64,000 bases of DNA. It comes from a virus. Location: IMG/VR virus record IMGVR_UViG_3300028030_000010, positions 1 to 64,000 of that record. One strand, given 5' to 3'. How positions within the stretch are numbered: position 1 is the first letter of the stretch; every line of letters begins with the position of its first letter. This document shows positions 50,276 through 59,325 of the stretch, in pieces. The notes below the pieces were generated by a model. It was not told where the DNA came from and did no database searches. It saw only the letters and a program-made list of their open reading frames with translations. Made by a program: the position numbers and the translations under genes.

Positions 50276-50740
50276 TTATTTTAATATTAATCCTAATTTA
50301 GGTAAGATATTTTCAAAAAAATCTTTACATTGATCGGGAAATATTAGATATAGCACAAAAATGCCAAATACAATCCCTAAAGGAATAACTAATTTACTGA
50401 GAATTAATTGTTTTACTGTATTTAAGGCGCTTTTTATTCTTGTTGAAGTAGATATTTTTTTATTATTTACTTCTTCTATCTTATCTAAAGTAGCTATCTT
50501 ATAATGCAGCCACAAATCTATTGCTTCATGAAGTACATTTTTGATGTTCTTATTATCTCTCATCATATAATCATGCATAATAACAACAAATTCTACTAAT
50601 TCTTTCTCTTCTGGATATTTGCTAGTAATATCAACAATTTTTTTATACATTTCACTTAAATCAGGATCTGAATTTTGTAATTCTTTTTTTAAATCATTAA
50701 CCAGTTTTTCAAGTCTATCTCTCATTTCTTTACAAGTCAT
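50276..50740 (-). CDS. Membrane protein with C-terminal TM helix (lysis operon)
   Basis: LVIPLGIVFGIFVLYLIFP; between holin and receiver. Confidence 0.65.
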   Translation of the reverse strand: MTCKEMRDRLEKLVNDLKKELQNSDPDLSEMYKKIVDITSKYPEEKELVEFVVIMHDYMMRDNKNIKNVLHEAIDLWLHYKIATLDKIEEVNNKKISTSTRIKSALNTVKQLILSKLVIPLGIVFGIFVLYLIFPDQCKDFFENILPKLGLILK

Positions 50741-50753
50741 TTGTTATCCTTTA

Positions 50754-51164
50754 CTAAGAAGATTTACCCTTCAATTCTTTTGCTATTTTCTCTGCACTTC
50801 TTCCTACCACATAACCACCTATACCTATTTTAAGCAAATCCCACATTTGATCTGTTAACTCTAATGTAGGCACATGTAAACCAAATGCCTGAGCATATGG
50901 AACTATTATATAATTATTAGCAATGATAGTTACAAAAGTAAGCATTGTAATTGGTCTCCATGTAGAAGTTAGCCAATGTTCACTTTTAGCTTCAGCTTCT
51001 ACAATTTTTGCCTGCATTTGAAAAGTAGTTTTTTCTAATTCGCTTATTTTAGATAATAATTCTAACTTTTTATTGGGGTCATCGATAGCTTTTCCTGTAA
51101 TAGCTTCTCTTATGTCTTTAAATAAATTACCTACATCACTTAAATTAAAATCAACCAATCCCAT
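50754..51164 (-). CDS. Holin (GTA-type 3TM holin family)
   Basis: EAKSEHWLTSTWRP...WDLLKIGIGGYVVGRSAEK signature. Confidence 0.85.
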   Translation of the reverse strand: MGLVDFNLSDVGNLFKDIREAITGKAIDDPNKKLELLSKISELEKTTFQMQAKIVEAEAKSEHWLTSTWRPITMLTFVTIIANNYIIVPYAQAFGLHVPTLELTDQMWDLLKIGIGGYVVGRSAEKIAKELKGKSS

Positions 51165-51178
51165 TTATTGTTCCTTTT

Positions 51179-51194
51179 TGGTAAGATTATATCA
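51179..51194. promoter_or_regulatory. Overlapping divergent promoters for endolysin (TGGTAAGAT +) and holin operon (TGATATAAT -)
   Basis: Short intergenic region with AAAAGGA RBS on both sides. Confidence 0.6.
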
Positions 51195-51214
51195 AAAAAA
51201 CAAAAGGACAAACA

Positions 51215-51784
51215 ATGAATGAAAAATTTTTAAATGCGTATAAAAACTTAATTGGTGCTGAAGGCGGTTATGTGGATAGACCTGAAGATGCAGGAGGAGA
51301 AACTTATAAAGGTATATCTAGAAAGTTTCATCCTGATTGGGAAGGCTGGACAATTATAGATAAATACAAAGATAAACCAGATTTTAAAAGCAAAATAAAA
51401 AAAGATAAAGAATTGGAAAAACTGGTGCAAAAATTTTATTATGAAAATTACTGGGAAAAATTTAATGGCGACAAACTTCCTTATTTAATCGCTGAAGAAC
51501 TGCTAGAACAAAGCGTAGTTTTAGGGACATGGAAAACAGCTGGAAAAAATCTTCAGAAAGCTCTTAACTTATTAAATTTAAACAATAAATTATTCTCAGA
51601 TCTAATTGAAGATGGAATTGTAGGGCCTAAAACATTAGCAGCAGTAAATAAAGTAAATCAAAGAAGATTGTTGACTGTATTAAATGGATTAGAATTTTGT
51701 AGGTTTAAAGAAAGCATGGAAAAAAGACCTATAAATGAAATATTTAGGGGATGGTTTGATAGGGTAAACTTTATTCTAAAATAA
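51215..51784 (+). CDS. Endolysin, glycoside hydrolase family 108 with C-terminal peptidoglycan-binding segment
   Basis: EGGY..PEDAGGETYKGI catalytic motif; DGIVGPKT; FRGWFDR. Confidence 0.92.
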   Translation: MNEKFLNAYKNLIGAEGGYVDRPEDAGGETYKGISRKFHPDWEGWTIIDKYKDKPDFKSKIKKDKELEKLVQKFYYENYWEKFNGDKLPYLIAEELLEQSVVLGTWKTAGKNLQKALNLLNLNNKLFSDLIEDGIVGPKTLAAVNKVNQRRLLTVLNGLEFCRFKESMEKRPINEIFRGWFDRVNFILK

Positions 51785-54700
51785 CAGGGTCGTTATAATT
51801 TAACTTCCCTTCTCTTATTAGTTTTTTTATTTCAGCTATACTGTGAACTTTTATAGGTTTTTTCTTTGATGGAATAGAAGCTTTATACGCCCCTATAACA
51901 GCATCCTGATCTGTTATCATTAGCAAGTCTTTATGAGTAAGCGTTCCTTGATCAGTGAACAATTGCTTAGAAGCAAGCATTTTTTCTTTTACATCTTTTA
52001 TACCTTCAGGAGTTACTGGTACATGCACAGCAATTTGGTCACCATCATAGTCAGCTGCCAAAGCCCTTTCTACCATTGGAGGTAATGATATAGAGTGACC
52101 AGGAACAAATTTTGGATATGCACCAATAAGGTTATGTTTCCATAAAGATGGAGCCCTGTTGTAGACTACAGGTATTTCTTTACCTAATCTGTGTAAAAGC
52201 TTGATTACTTTTTCATCCTTATTTTTGATCATTTCTTTTATTTGCAATTGAGTGTATCCCATTTTAGCCATTTCTCTACTAATGTGAGGCTCATACATTT
52301 TAAGCCCCATTTCTTCTGGTAACTCTATTTCATCTAATTTTAAATCCCCTCTTGAGGGTGTAATTACAGCCCTTCCTGACATAAATTGATTTTTTCTAAG
52401 CAACTGTTCTTGAACAAATGAGTCTTTCGGTCTATTTCCTCCTAAAACATCTAGTATCCCTTTTACTTGCTTATTTGCAATTGCTGGATTGTTACTAGGA
52501 TACAATCCATACATAGCGCCTATAGCATGTTGCAGAGAAAGTTTTAGATCATTTATTGTTTTTTTAGATAATTTGTTTTGTTTTGCTTCTTTTAAAGTGT
52601 TGTTTAAATTAATTATTTCTTGATAATGTAGATTTAGGTCTGAAACTCCATATTTACCGGTATGGTCTTTGATAATTGGCCTATAAACAGGCGGAATTAC
52701 TGGAACTGTTTTTAATACAGCTACATCTTTTAGAGATAAGTTGTTGTTTTTTAGTTTTTCTAAAAACTTAATGATTTTTAAATTTCTATCTTTTAGTTGC
52801 TCATTTGATGTTTTTTTATTTTCATCTTTCAGTTTTTTTATTTCTTTATTTATATCTATAGCAGATAATTTCTTAATTATACTATCTACACCATCTTCAA
52901 CCATCATTTCTTTTAATTTTTTTTCAGGGATACCTAACAAGAAAGCAATTTCATATGAATAAATTGGGTTAATTAATGGTTCGTTTAATTTTATATGAGC
53001 ATACCTATTACCTAATTCTCCGAAAATAGAAGGATCAAAAAGCCCTCCTTTTCTAGGAGAACCATCAGTTGCGTTTATAGTTTCTGCACTTTTAACTTCT
53101 TTAGGCCCCTTTTTGATAATATCCTTATCTGTTGCGGGAACCAGATTGAAGCTATTTGGGTCATCTTCAACATTTACATTTAGTTGACTTAATAGAGCTT
53201 TAAATTTTTCATAGGCAAAATTTTCAGCCGGTTTAGGTAGTGGTTGTCCTTTTCTAAAGGCTTCAAACCAAGCATCATTTTTTTGGCCTTTTATTTTTCT
53301 AGCCTCTCTTAGTAAATCTTTCGCATTATGTGCTAATAACGCATTTATTTCCATATTTGAAAAAGATGAAGCCGAAGTTTTGCCACCTTTTGCTGGTTGT
53401 TCATTAATATTAACCCTATCAGTAGCAGTAGCACTCATTCCAGATTCAGAATCTTTAAAAAGCTTATAAGTGTATGGTTCTCCTACAAAAACTTTTTGAG
53501 GAAAAGGTTTGCCTGTTTCTGGATTGATTAGCGTTTCATATTGTTCAACCCCATGTTTCTTAGCTTCTTCCTCTGCAAATTTTAAATTATCAGTTAAAGA
53601 ATATTGATCTAGCACATAAGATTTGTCAGTTTTTTTTCCTACTTTACCTAGAGTTGCTTCTATTAATTGCCCAGGATTGATCCTTGAAATAACCCCAGCA
53701 GATGTAACTATAATATGTACTGGTTCACCTTTCTCATTTTTTGGCATTTTATCATCAGGTAAAATCAAAGAAATAGAACCTTTGTTACCATATCTCCCTG
53801 ATAACTTGTCACCTATTTGGGCCTTAGATTTTGTTTTTACAAAAACCCTAATATTGTTCCCTGATTTGTTTACAGACACCACTTTACCATCATGATGATG
53901 AGTCCATGTTTCTAATTTCAATTTGTATGGTTTAAATAAAGTTTTTTCTAAAGAAGTTATAGGTTTATCTTTATTTACGACTAATTTAATCACTAAAGGT
54001 TCATTAAATTTAACGGTTGCGCCTTTTTTTATAACTCCGTGCTCATCATACTTTGATAAATCATATTTAGATAAAGTAAGAGGAAATAAAGCCTTAGCCT
54101 TTTTTAAATCTAATACATCATCTCTATCTATATGAATTTCTTCTTTATACATATGAAGAGAAGTTAAGTTTTTGGCTGCAGTTTCAGATACAATGATTGC
54201 ATCATTTCTGTTGCCAGGCATCGACATCCAAGCTGTTCTTAAATGCACTCCATTTGCAAAATAACCATCTTTAGCATAGTTACTTTCTGCTATCACTTCT
54301 CCTTTTTTTACTCTATCTCCTACCTTAACCTTAGGCTCCATAGATATGTATGTTTTTCTAGCTAATGGAAGGTCTTTTATGTATTTAATTTTATGACCAT
54401 CTATTTGAATGTAATCATCAGTTATTTTTTCAACTTTACCAGAAACAGGACTTTTCACAACTTGGTTTGTTTTTTCTGCTATTTTTTTATAAAAATCTTC
54501 ATTTTTATCTTTTGTTCTAACAATTGGAGCTTCTCTATGTTCTAGCGATAAAGCTTGTTGAGCGTGCTTTTGAGCCATTGTAGCTCTCATGCCATCCATT
54601 GAATTAATAAGAGGCAATGTTTTTGTTGATGAAGTGTGTATATCGCTTGAGCTTTCTATCGCATAATCTACATCTTTTAGAGACTTTACTGTATATTCTT

Positions 54701-56084
54701 TTTCTCCATCTCTAATTGGAATTCCTTCTTTTTTAGCTCTCTCTTTTGATGCAGGATAAGCTACTTTTTTGTTCCACAATTCTTTTATTGTTTTTATTTC
54801 TTTTTTTCCTGTTTTTACATTTAAAACTTCTATTGCAGGCTCTCCATTTTCATCAACATATGCATTATTTGTTACTGCCAATGTAATCCCTGTCTTTGCT
54901 CCTTCCGGAGACACAACTGGGTCAATAAAACCTAATTGAGAAGAATGAATTGCTTTATCATCTTCTGTTAAAGCTCTATCTGTTTCTATTCCACCTTCTC
55001 CTAAAGGAGTTAACAATTTTGTTGCCATATGTGTTTGAATAGGGTTGTATTCTTCTGGCATTCTGGATATCTTTGAAACAGTTAAAAAACTTTTTAGTGT
55101 ATCAGTTAAATAATTGTGATTAAATACATCATTTAACGAATTAAGTGCTGGATTGTTTAATTTTTGTTTTATTTTAAAAATTTCTTTTACTGAATTTTTT
55201 GCAAAATATTCAGGCATAAGATGTATAGCGTTTAACACTTTTCTATTAGCTAAGTTGTTTTTCTGTTTTAAATCTACTTCTTCTCCTCTGTAAGCTTTCA
55301 ATATTTGCTTAATGTTTGCGAAAATCAATTCGGGAGTTAATTTGCTTGTCTCAACTCCAAAGTTTCTTTTGTTAACATCTGGGTCCAATTCCATATGATC
55401 AAAAATATACTTTATCTGTTCTGTTAATGGCTTTTGTTTTATATCATTTGGCAAAGAGTATGATTTTTTTATAAATTTTTCTAAATCAGTTGGATTTGTT
55501 TTATTTATATTGATTTCATATAGCTTTTTCCCTAATTTTCTTTTAATTTCTTCATCAGAAACACCTAACGCTTTCAATATGCTAACAACAGACACATTAG
55601 AATTTCCTATGTTAAAATAAATTACACCAGTATCTGGGTTAAGTGTTATTTTGAATTGTCTGTTTCCTATTGGATTAACTATTGTAACAATTTCTCCATT
55701 TTTTCTTTCGAACAAATAAGTACCAGGTTTTAATCTTTGCTGATTAGGTATAGCATACGAATTCCCATCTATTATGAAAGTTTCTTTAGGTGAGAATTTA
55801 GGAACTTTAGCTATCAAAATGTTTTTTTTACATTCTATTTTTTTATTATCCTTTTTTCTAATTAAACAAACATCTCCTCTAATTTCATTAAATAAACTTT
55901 TGCCTTTTAAAATAGCATTCTTAACATCTTCTAAGTCCACTTCTTTTTGTATTCCTTTAACATTGGAAACTTCTATTTTGTAAAAGTTCCCTTCTATGGG
56001 AAAGGTTTTTTCAACTTCCTTAACAACATTATTTAATATGTGTTTATCAATTTTTTCTGGAGAATCATCTATTTTGTAAAACAT
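51771..56084 (-). CDS. Phage multi-subunit RNA polymerase, beta subunit fused to beta-prime N-terminal half
   Basis: beta: FIIDG, SPEGAKTG, RATMAQKHAQQA, GDKLSGRYGNKG, SRINPGQ, QPAKGG, FSNMEINAL; beta-prime: GLFDPSIFG, VIPPVYRP, SGRAVI, NRAPSL, catalytic AADYDGDQIAVHVP. Confidence 0.95.
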   Translation of the reverse strand: MFYKIDDSPEKIDKHILNNVVKEVEKTFPIEGNFYKIEVSNVKGIQKEVDLEDVKNAILKGKSLFNEIRGDVCLIRKKDNKKIECKKNILIAKVPKFSPKETFIIDGNSYAIPNQQRLKPGTYLFERKNGEIVTIVNPIGNRQFKITLNPDTGVIYFNIGNSNVSVVSILKALGVSDEEIKRKLGKKLYEININKTNPTDLEKFIKKSYSLPNDIKQKPLTEQIKYIFDHMELDPDVNKRNFGVETSKLTPELIFANIKQILKAYRGEEVDLKQKNNLANRKVLNAIHLMPEYFAKNSVKEIFKIKQKLNNPALNSLNDVFNHNYLTDTLKSFLTVSKISRMPEEYNPIQTHMATKLLTPLGEGGIETDRALTEDDKAIHSSQLGFIDPVVSPEGAKTGITLAVTNNAYVDENGEPAIEVLNVKTGKKEIKTIKELWNKKVAYPASKERAKKEGIPIRDGEKEYTVKSLKDVDYAIESSSDIHTSSTKTLPLINSMDGMRATMAQKHAQQALSLEHREAPIVRTKDKNEDFYKKIAEKTNQVVKSPVSGKVEKITDDYIQIDGHKIKYIKDLPLARKTYISMEPKVKVGDRVKKGEVIAESNYAKDGYFANGVHLRTAWMSMPGNRNDAIIVSETAAKNLTSLHMYKEEIHIDRDDVLDLKKAKALFPLTLSKYDLSKYDEHGVIKKGATVKFNEPLVIKLVVNKDKPITSLEKTLFKPYKLKLETWTHHHDGKVVSVNKSGNNIRVFVKTKSKAQIGDKLSGRYGNKGSISLILPDDKMPKNEKGEPVHIIVTSAGVISRINPGQLIEATLGKVGKKTDKSYVLDQYSLTDNLKFAEEEAKKHGVEQYETLINPETGKPFPQKVFVGEPYTYKLFKDSESGMSATATDRVNINEQPAKGGKTSASSFSNMEINALLAHNAKDLLREARKIKGQKNDAWFEAFRKGQPLPKPAENFAYEKFKALLSQLNVNVEDDPNSFNLVPATDKDIIKKGPKEVKSAETINATDGSPRKGGLFDPSIFGELGNRYAHIKLNEPLINPIYSYEIAFLLGIPEKKLKEMMVEDGVDSIIKKLSAIDINKEIKKLKDENKKTSNEQLKDRNLKIIKFLEKLKNNNLSLKDVAVLKTVPVIPPVYRPIIKDHTGKYGVSDLNLHYQEIINLNNTLKEAKQNKLSKKTINDLKLSLQHAIGAMYGLYPSNNPAIANKQVKGILDVLGGNRPKDSFVQEQLLRKNQFMSGRAVITPSRGDLKLDEIELPEEMGLKMYEPHISREMAKMGYTQLQIKEMIKNKDEKVIKLLHRLGKEIPVVYNRAPSLWKHNLIGAYPKFVPGHSISLPPMVERALAADYDGDQIAVHVPVTPEGIKDVKEKMLASKQLFTDQGTLTHKDLLMITDQDAVIGAYKASIPSKKKPIKVHSIAEIKKLIREGKLNYNDPVILE

Positions 56085-56306
56085 TTACGCTCCTAAAACA
56101 AATATTTTTCCCATTTCCTCCATTCTTCTTAATAACTCTTGATATTGTTCTTCTGTTAAAGAAGCTTCTATAACTTCATTGTCTGATTTTTTTATTGTTA
56201 AATTCACTCTTGTTTCATCATTTGGATCTTTATGTGCCTCAAACTCAGCATTTTCTAAATTAACAGCTTTATCAAAACCTTCTTTAGTTTTTACTAATAC
56301 CAACAT
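56085..56306 (-). CDS. Small hypothetical protein in the RNAP operon
   Basis: 73 aa, AAGGAG RBS, abuts the RNAP start. Confidence 0.7.
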   Translation of the reverse strand: MLVLVKTKEGFDKAVNLENAEFEAHKDPNDETRVNLTIKKSDNEVIEASLTEEQYQELLRRMEEMGKIFVLGA

Positions 56307-56317
56307 TTTAATCTCCT

Positions 56318-56764
56318 TTATTTTTGTAATTTTAAAAAATAATCTTTTGCATTTTTAATATATCCGTTTAATTTTAGTACATCTATTTTTTTATTTTCTT
56401 CATAAAATGAAGTAACCAACTGGTAACTATTTAACCCTAAATCCATTACAATAAATTTTACAAGTTCACCTAACTTTTCATACATTTTATTGCTTAAATC
56501 AGGGGCATCAAACAGTACTAAAATCCCAACCCCTTTTGGCGAAATAAAAGCATCTCTAATTAGACCATTATTCATAGACAATGGTCTACCTCTTGTAACC
56601 AATTCATTTAAAGACATGTCTATACTAACTTCATCTAATTTACTTAAATCTAAAAGATAATGAAAAGGAACATATTCAAAATTAGCATCTTTCCATTTTT
56701 TTATTTCTTTTTGATAATCTGATAATGTTACCTTCTCTATGTACACAAAGTTAACATGTCTCAT
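56318..56764 (-). CDS. Degenerate amidase_2/T7-lysozyme-like protein
   Basis: PFHYLL...TRGRP...GVGILV...KLGELV resembles GYHFII...GR...SIGICL...L..L, but the Zn-ligand His/Cys residues are not evident. Confidence 0.4.
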   Translation of the reverse strand: MRHVNFVYIEKVTLSDYQKEIKKWKDANFEYVPFHYLLDLSKLDEVSIDMSLNELVTRGRPLSMNNGLIRDAFISPKGVGILVLFDAPDLSNKMYEKLGELVKFIVMDLGLNSYQLVTSFYEENKKIDVLKLNGYIKNAKDYFLKLQK

Positions 56765-57456
56765 TCTTTATTCCCCTCAAACAATTGAGACAATTCATCA
56801 GATACACCAAGTATCATACTTGTAGCTAACTTTTGTATTTTATCTAAATTATGCCTAAAGATACAAACAAATCCTGAAAATTTATCCCCTTTTTCATAAC
56901 TTCCATACAACCTATAAGTTGTATATACATATGATAAGTCGTTTAATAGATCCCACGTTTCTCTATGCGCTTTCCCTATTATCAAAAATATTTCTTCATC
57001 TATTTGAAATATTTTTAATGGTTCTTTCAACATATGAACAAGATGTTTTTCTTCTACATTTTTCACAATATCATCAAATTTGTTAGACAAGTTTTCTATA
57101 TTTTTAAGATTTTCTGTCTTATGTAGAATTTCCAGAATTCTATAAGAAAAGAATAAAATCGGTTTTTTATCCTGGTCATAAATAACATGAACTTCTTTTA
57201 CAGGAGAAACCAAAGATGATGCGATAGCGCATATAGATTTAAAAAAATCATCTAACTCAGGGACTAAATCAAGCTTTACAAAACATCCGGAATGAGATAA
57301 GGGAATTAAATCTTCAGAAAATTCAACTTTTTTTAAAATATCTTCTTCTTTTAAAGAATCAATATCTTGTTGAGGCAACTTTCTTATAACATCTATTAAA
57401 ACTAAAGCGTCTGGATTTAAAATTTTAACCATTAAATTTGTTTGTTTATTTTCCAT
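56761..57456 (-). CDS. Hypothetical protein
   Basis: 231 aa; promoter TGTTATAAT (-) 57480-57488. Confidence 0.7.
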   Translation of the reverse strand: MENKQTNLMVKILNPDALVLIDVIRKLPQQDIDSLKEEDILKKVEFSEDLIPLSHSGCFVKLDLVPELDDFFKSICAIASSLVSPVKEVHVIYDQDKKPILFFSYRILEILHKTENLKNIENLSNKFDDIVKNVEEKHLVHMLKEPLKIFQIDEEIFLIIGKAHRETWDLLNDLSYVYTTYRLYGSYEKGDKFSGFVCIFRHNLDKIQKLATSMILGVSDELSQLFEGNKE

Positions 57457-57490
57457 TCTGCTATCCTTTTTTTTTGAAAATTATAACATA

Positions 57491-59314
57491 TTATTGTTGG
57501 TTTTGCTCCAGAGCTTCTTTACCCGTCATATATATTGTTTTTCTTTCTTTCATTTCTAATAACGATTTAACTGTTGCATATAAGATATAGTTGGTTTTTG
57601 CCATTTCATCCAACATGCTTCTTCTTTGACCTTCATCCATTTGCATCAATTGTTCAACATATTGTTGAGCCTCTTGCAATAATGCTTGTGTGTTTAAGTT
57701 TTGGAATTTAGATTGATTTAATATATCTTTTTCTCTAGCTTTTTCTTCTATGCTTTGTTGAATTTCTTGTTGATAATGTTGCATTTCTAGCTGTTGTTTA
57801 ATTTGTTCTTTTTGTTCTTCTGCAGTTCTTCTTCTTTCAGTATTTGCATCCATATTAAACAATTCGAGTAATGTACCTGTAGAAATAAGCCCTCCGCCTT
57901 GAGCTGCTAATTGAACAATAGTAGCTTTTTCTTGTAAATCATCAATAATCTTGAATGGTAATAATGTTACTTGTATAGGTTTTTTGTTTGCAATATGAGA
58001 AACTTTAGAAATAATAAAATCAATAATCATATTCAAATCATATTGATTTTTTGCCATTTGATTTTCAAGTAGCCTTAATGCTGGTCCTTGAGAAGCATAA
58101 CTTAAACCTCCTTTTATAAATTCAACAGGTACTCCCAGTGCGTTCGCTATGTTAATTTCTTTGTTAGATAGCTCTTGATCTAAGTTTAATATTTTCCCGT
58201 CTCCTAAAATTTGTTGCACACCAACAGGGAAAGGGGTAACTTGCACTGCAGATGGATCAAGCTTCCACTTATTTATCATCTCTTTCAGTTTTTCGGCTAC
58301 ACTTTCGCCACTCATAAATGAATACATTTCTTGTCCATTAGCAGTAGGAAATACCGTTCTTAACGGAACTAAATAATCCATGGCAATTTTTTCATTTGCT
58401 TTATTATAAATTAAATAAGTTAACACAGTCGGGATTGCTGCTACTAATCTAGGAATACCCCATATTGTAGAAACTCCTGCTATAGCACTTCTTTTCCCAT
58501 GATACAAACTATTATTATTGAATCTAAATTTTTTATTAGTTAAAACTGAAATAATCATTTCTTTTGGAGTTGTTTCTAAAAAAAGTTTAGAGTTGTTTTT
58601 AATCCCTTGTTTAATATTATCTTCTATATCATAGTAGTAAACTGCACTTCCAGACACAGGATTATATTCAATGTCTATATTGTTTGGATTCCAAATAATG
58701 ATATTAGCTTTTGATACATCATTAACCGTCATATCTATTACTTCATGTTCAGTTACAGCTTTACATTTAGTGCAAAATGTTTCAACATATAAAACATCGT
58801 GTACTTGATTTCCAGCGTTTAATTTTGTAGTGTAGTCATAATCTTTTTTTTCATTGTTTTGAATTTTTAATTCTTTTTTAGTTTTGAGTTTTATGTTTCC
58901 ATAAGCTTGAATCGGCAACATTTTTTTACATTGTTTACATTTTAGCATTCTATTAAACGGTTTATAGATCGACACAAAAACATTTCCATATGTTTCCAAA
59001 TTATAACTAATTTCTAATAATTTAGGCTTAAGCCCTAAATCTTGCTCTAAAATTTGCTTCCACGAATCTTTTAGGGTTATATTTGTTTCATTAAAATCAT
59101 CGCCAACATGATATTTAAAATTCGTTACAGTGGTTTCTGATATTTTTTTTACACCAGCTGCTGCAACAGGAACATTACTAACTATAAATTCACACCATTT
59201 AAAAATATCCTTTATATTTGACGGCAGGTAACTAGAAAACGATGATAAAATAGGGTTTCTAGCAAATGCATTTCTTAAATCTAAATTTGAATAAATTACT
59301 GATTCATCAGCCAT
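57491..59314 (-). CDS. Portal protein with zinc-ribbon insertion
   Basis: NLETYGNVFV, YH...WGIPRL, IANALGVPVEFI portal motifs; CKQC...CTKC insertion; Gln-rich C-terminal coil. Confidence 0.8.
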   Translation of the reverse strand: MADESVIYSNLDLRNAFARNPILSSFSSYLPSNIKDIFKWCEFIVSNVPVAAAGVKKISETTVTNFKYHVGDDFNETNITLKDSWKQILEQDLGLKPKLLEISYNLETYGNVFVSIYKPFNRMLKCKQCKKMLPIQAYGNIKLKTKKELKIQNNEKKDYDYTTKLNAGNQVHDVLYVETFCTKCKAVTEHEVIDMTVNDVSKANIIIWNPNNIDIEYNPVSGSAVYYYDIEDNIKQGIKNNSKLFLETTPKEMIISVLTNKKFRFNNNSLYHGKRSAIAGVSTIWGIPRLVAAIPTVLTYLIYNKANEKIAMDYLVPLRTVFPTANGQEMYSFMSGESVAEKLKEMINKWKLDPSAVQVTPFPVGVQQILGDGKILNLDQELSNKEINIANALGVPVEFIKGGLSYASQGPALRLLENQMAKNQYDLNMIIDFIISKVSHIANKKPIQVTLLPFKIIDDLQEKATIVQLAAQGGGLISTGTLLELFNMDANTERRRTAEEQKEQIKQQLEMQHYQQEIQQSIEEKAREKDILNQSKFQNLNTQALLQEAQQYVEQLMQMDEGQRRSMLDEMAKTNYILYATVKSLLEMKERKTIYMTGKEALEQNQQ

Positions 59315-59325
59315 ACGATTCCTTT

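Noticed and set aside
51771-56084. Host chromosomal fused rpoBC (Helicobacter-type)
   Set aside because: Only 1437 aa, highly diverged, lacks the beta-prime C-half, and is flanked by phage genes rather than ribosomal protein genes
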